A stretch of DNA of 63,362 bases, filler included, from Phoronis australis (Eukaryota > Animalia > Phoronida), in NCBI GenBank assembly GCA_002633005.1. It is 6 parts of 6 records of this genome, joined end to end, with 100 filler letters (N's around TTAATTAATTAA, not from the genome) between each part and the next. Parts side by side here need not be neighbours in the genome. Positions count along the whole stretch, not along the records: positions 61,888 to 63,362 come from NMRA01000696.1; 5 more parts are not named here. One strand, 5' to 3'. Below are positions 61,888 to 63,362 of the stretch, in pieces. Below the pieces are notes generated by a model. The model saw nothing but the letters and a program-made list of their open reading frames with translations. It had not been told where the DNA came from and ran no database searches. The number at the start of each line of letters is the position of its first letter. Position 1 is the stretch's first letter. The translations under genes and the position numbers were made by a program.

Positions 61888-63362
61888 ACAAGTGTATCCG
61901 CCGTAAGTTTTCTTCGCGCTCATACCGCGTATTATGCTTGTTACTATGGCCGCTTTCGGAATCCTGACCACAGCACCCACAATGCACCATTTTAACCTAA
62001 TTTCAATATGGCGTCGCTGCAAATCCGCTATTACTTTATTGCATCTAAAGCCGGTAACGCAGTGATTTATTCACTGTTGGCTTCTCAAAACATTTGCACT
62101 CACGAACACTCCATTACAAATTATACATAATGAGACAAACTTTGTTTCAGTTTTATATAAGCATTGGTTAGAGTGAGCATAATTCATTTTGAAGCAGAAC
62201 GCACAATAATAAACGTCAACGTGGCAACTCCCAATCCCGACTTAGACGAGTGCTCATCCGTCGATAGTTAAGTTTCACAGGCTAACAGTTTGAACCAGAA
62301 TACACTGATCAAGAAATAATGGAAAGGCTCCGTGAATGTACATAAACAATGGAACATATGAATTTGTAGTTCTAAAAAACGCTTGAATGAGTCGTCATGT
62401 TGTCAGTGAGCTAATTGCACGATAATGGAAACGAGTGACGCTTGCGTTAGCTGCCATGAAATTCCACTTTCTTGGAGAAGAGCAGATGTGCCTCACAGAC
62501 TATCCTGATTTTGCACCGCATCTAAACAGAGGTCTGCTTAGGTTTTTTTAGGGCTGAGAAAAAGAATGGTCGAAAACATCCTACACCGAGAAGAAAAAAC
62601 AGAAGCCTCAGGAACAAGGTTATATTAAACATTATGTTCTCACACCTTGAATTACCGTAAACATTCAGGTTAACGCCTAAGATAGCGTCGGGATTCAGCA
62701 CGCACGTAGGGCCTACGTGTGAGTCACCTGTCAATCACATGTTGGTGTCAAGGTAACATGCACTCCAAAGTGTGGGAACTTGTGCGCATGCACCACTACA
62801 CAGTCACACATCAAAAGAGAACAGCGACAGTCTTGAGTAACAGAAACGGGCGTGACTAAGTACTTTAAGCTGTTACGAAAGACGCAGTTCCTCCATTGCC
62901 AATGTTTCCCAAAACTGCAATGTCAAGTCTATTCAGATATTTCCCGGCTCGATACTCCCTAAGCCCATGCCCGTAGCTAGCTGCGTGCACCTCCTACCCA
63001 CTATCGCCAATTTTCAGTCAGTCTTCGTCGTAGATATTTCGGACTCGAATGATAAGAATTTTTGTTCAGGCTGAAACTGACCAATGTACAAACAAAATTA
63101 TTCTGCATGGCTAGAACGGAATGAGGAAACGATAATTCACACAGTCACGCTTACGTGGGGGCTGACGCAAGAAATAATAAAGAACAGCCAGCGACATTAG
63201 TTAAATCTGCTAGTGCCAGTTTGACTGAGATGCAATAAGCGAAAAACAAAATTTGACTAGCAGTTTTTTATTACCTCAAGATCATACACAAACATACATT
63301 ATTGCCAACCTTTGAATTCAGAAATCGATAGGCAGCAAAGAAATCGGTAAGGCACTAATGTT

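Overview
This is AT-rich, intron-rich animal genomic DNA that looks like a marine invertebrate; the species cannot be determined from sequence alone. The window is six contigs joined by identical 100-nt spacers (44 N + TTAATTAATTAA + 44 N), so adjacency across spacers is not evidence of synteny. Contig 1 (1-16670) holds most of a divergent TTC38 gene on the minus strand. Its 10.9-kb intron is about 78% filled by two adjacent Academ-type DNA transposons with intact TAG..CTA ends and 3-bp TSDs. The larger one carries two nested elements: an internally deleted Kolobok (THAP-transposase N-terminus facing a KolX/P2X7-ballast-like ORF) and a CATG-ended TIR element with a 2-bp TSD. Contig 2 (16771-46031) holds the 5' half of PARL (minus), head-to-head with a complete 21-exon COG3 (plus, about 838 aa). 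It also contains MITEs, a tRNA-derived SINE, a Penelope remnant and a candidate minimal hammerhead ribozyme inside a foldback. Contig 3 has one 1.7-kb DOPEY1 exon, and contig 5 has three exons of an SLC46/PCFT-like transporter. No prokaryotic-type system, CRISPR array or rRNA was seen. The nested Academ/Kolobok composite is the most unusual structure. All family assignments come from recalled motifs, not database searches.
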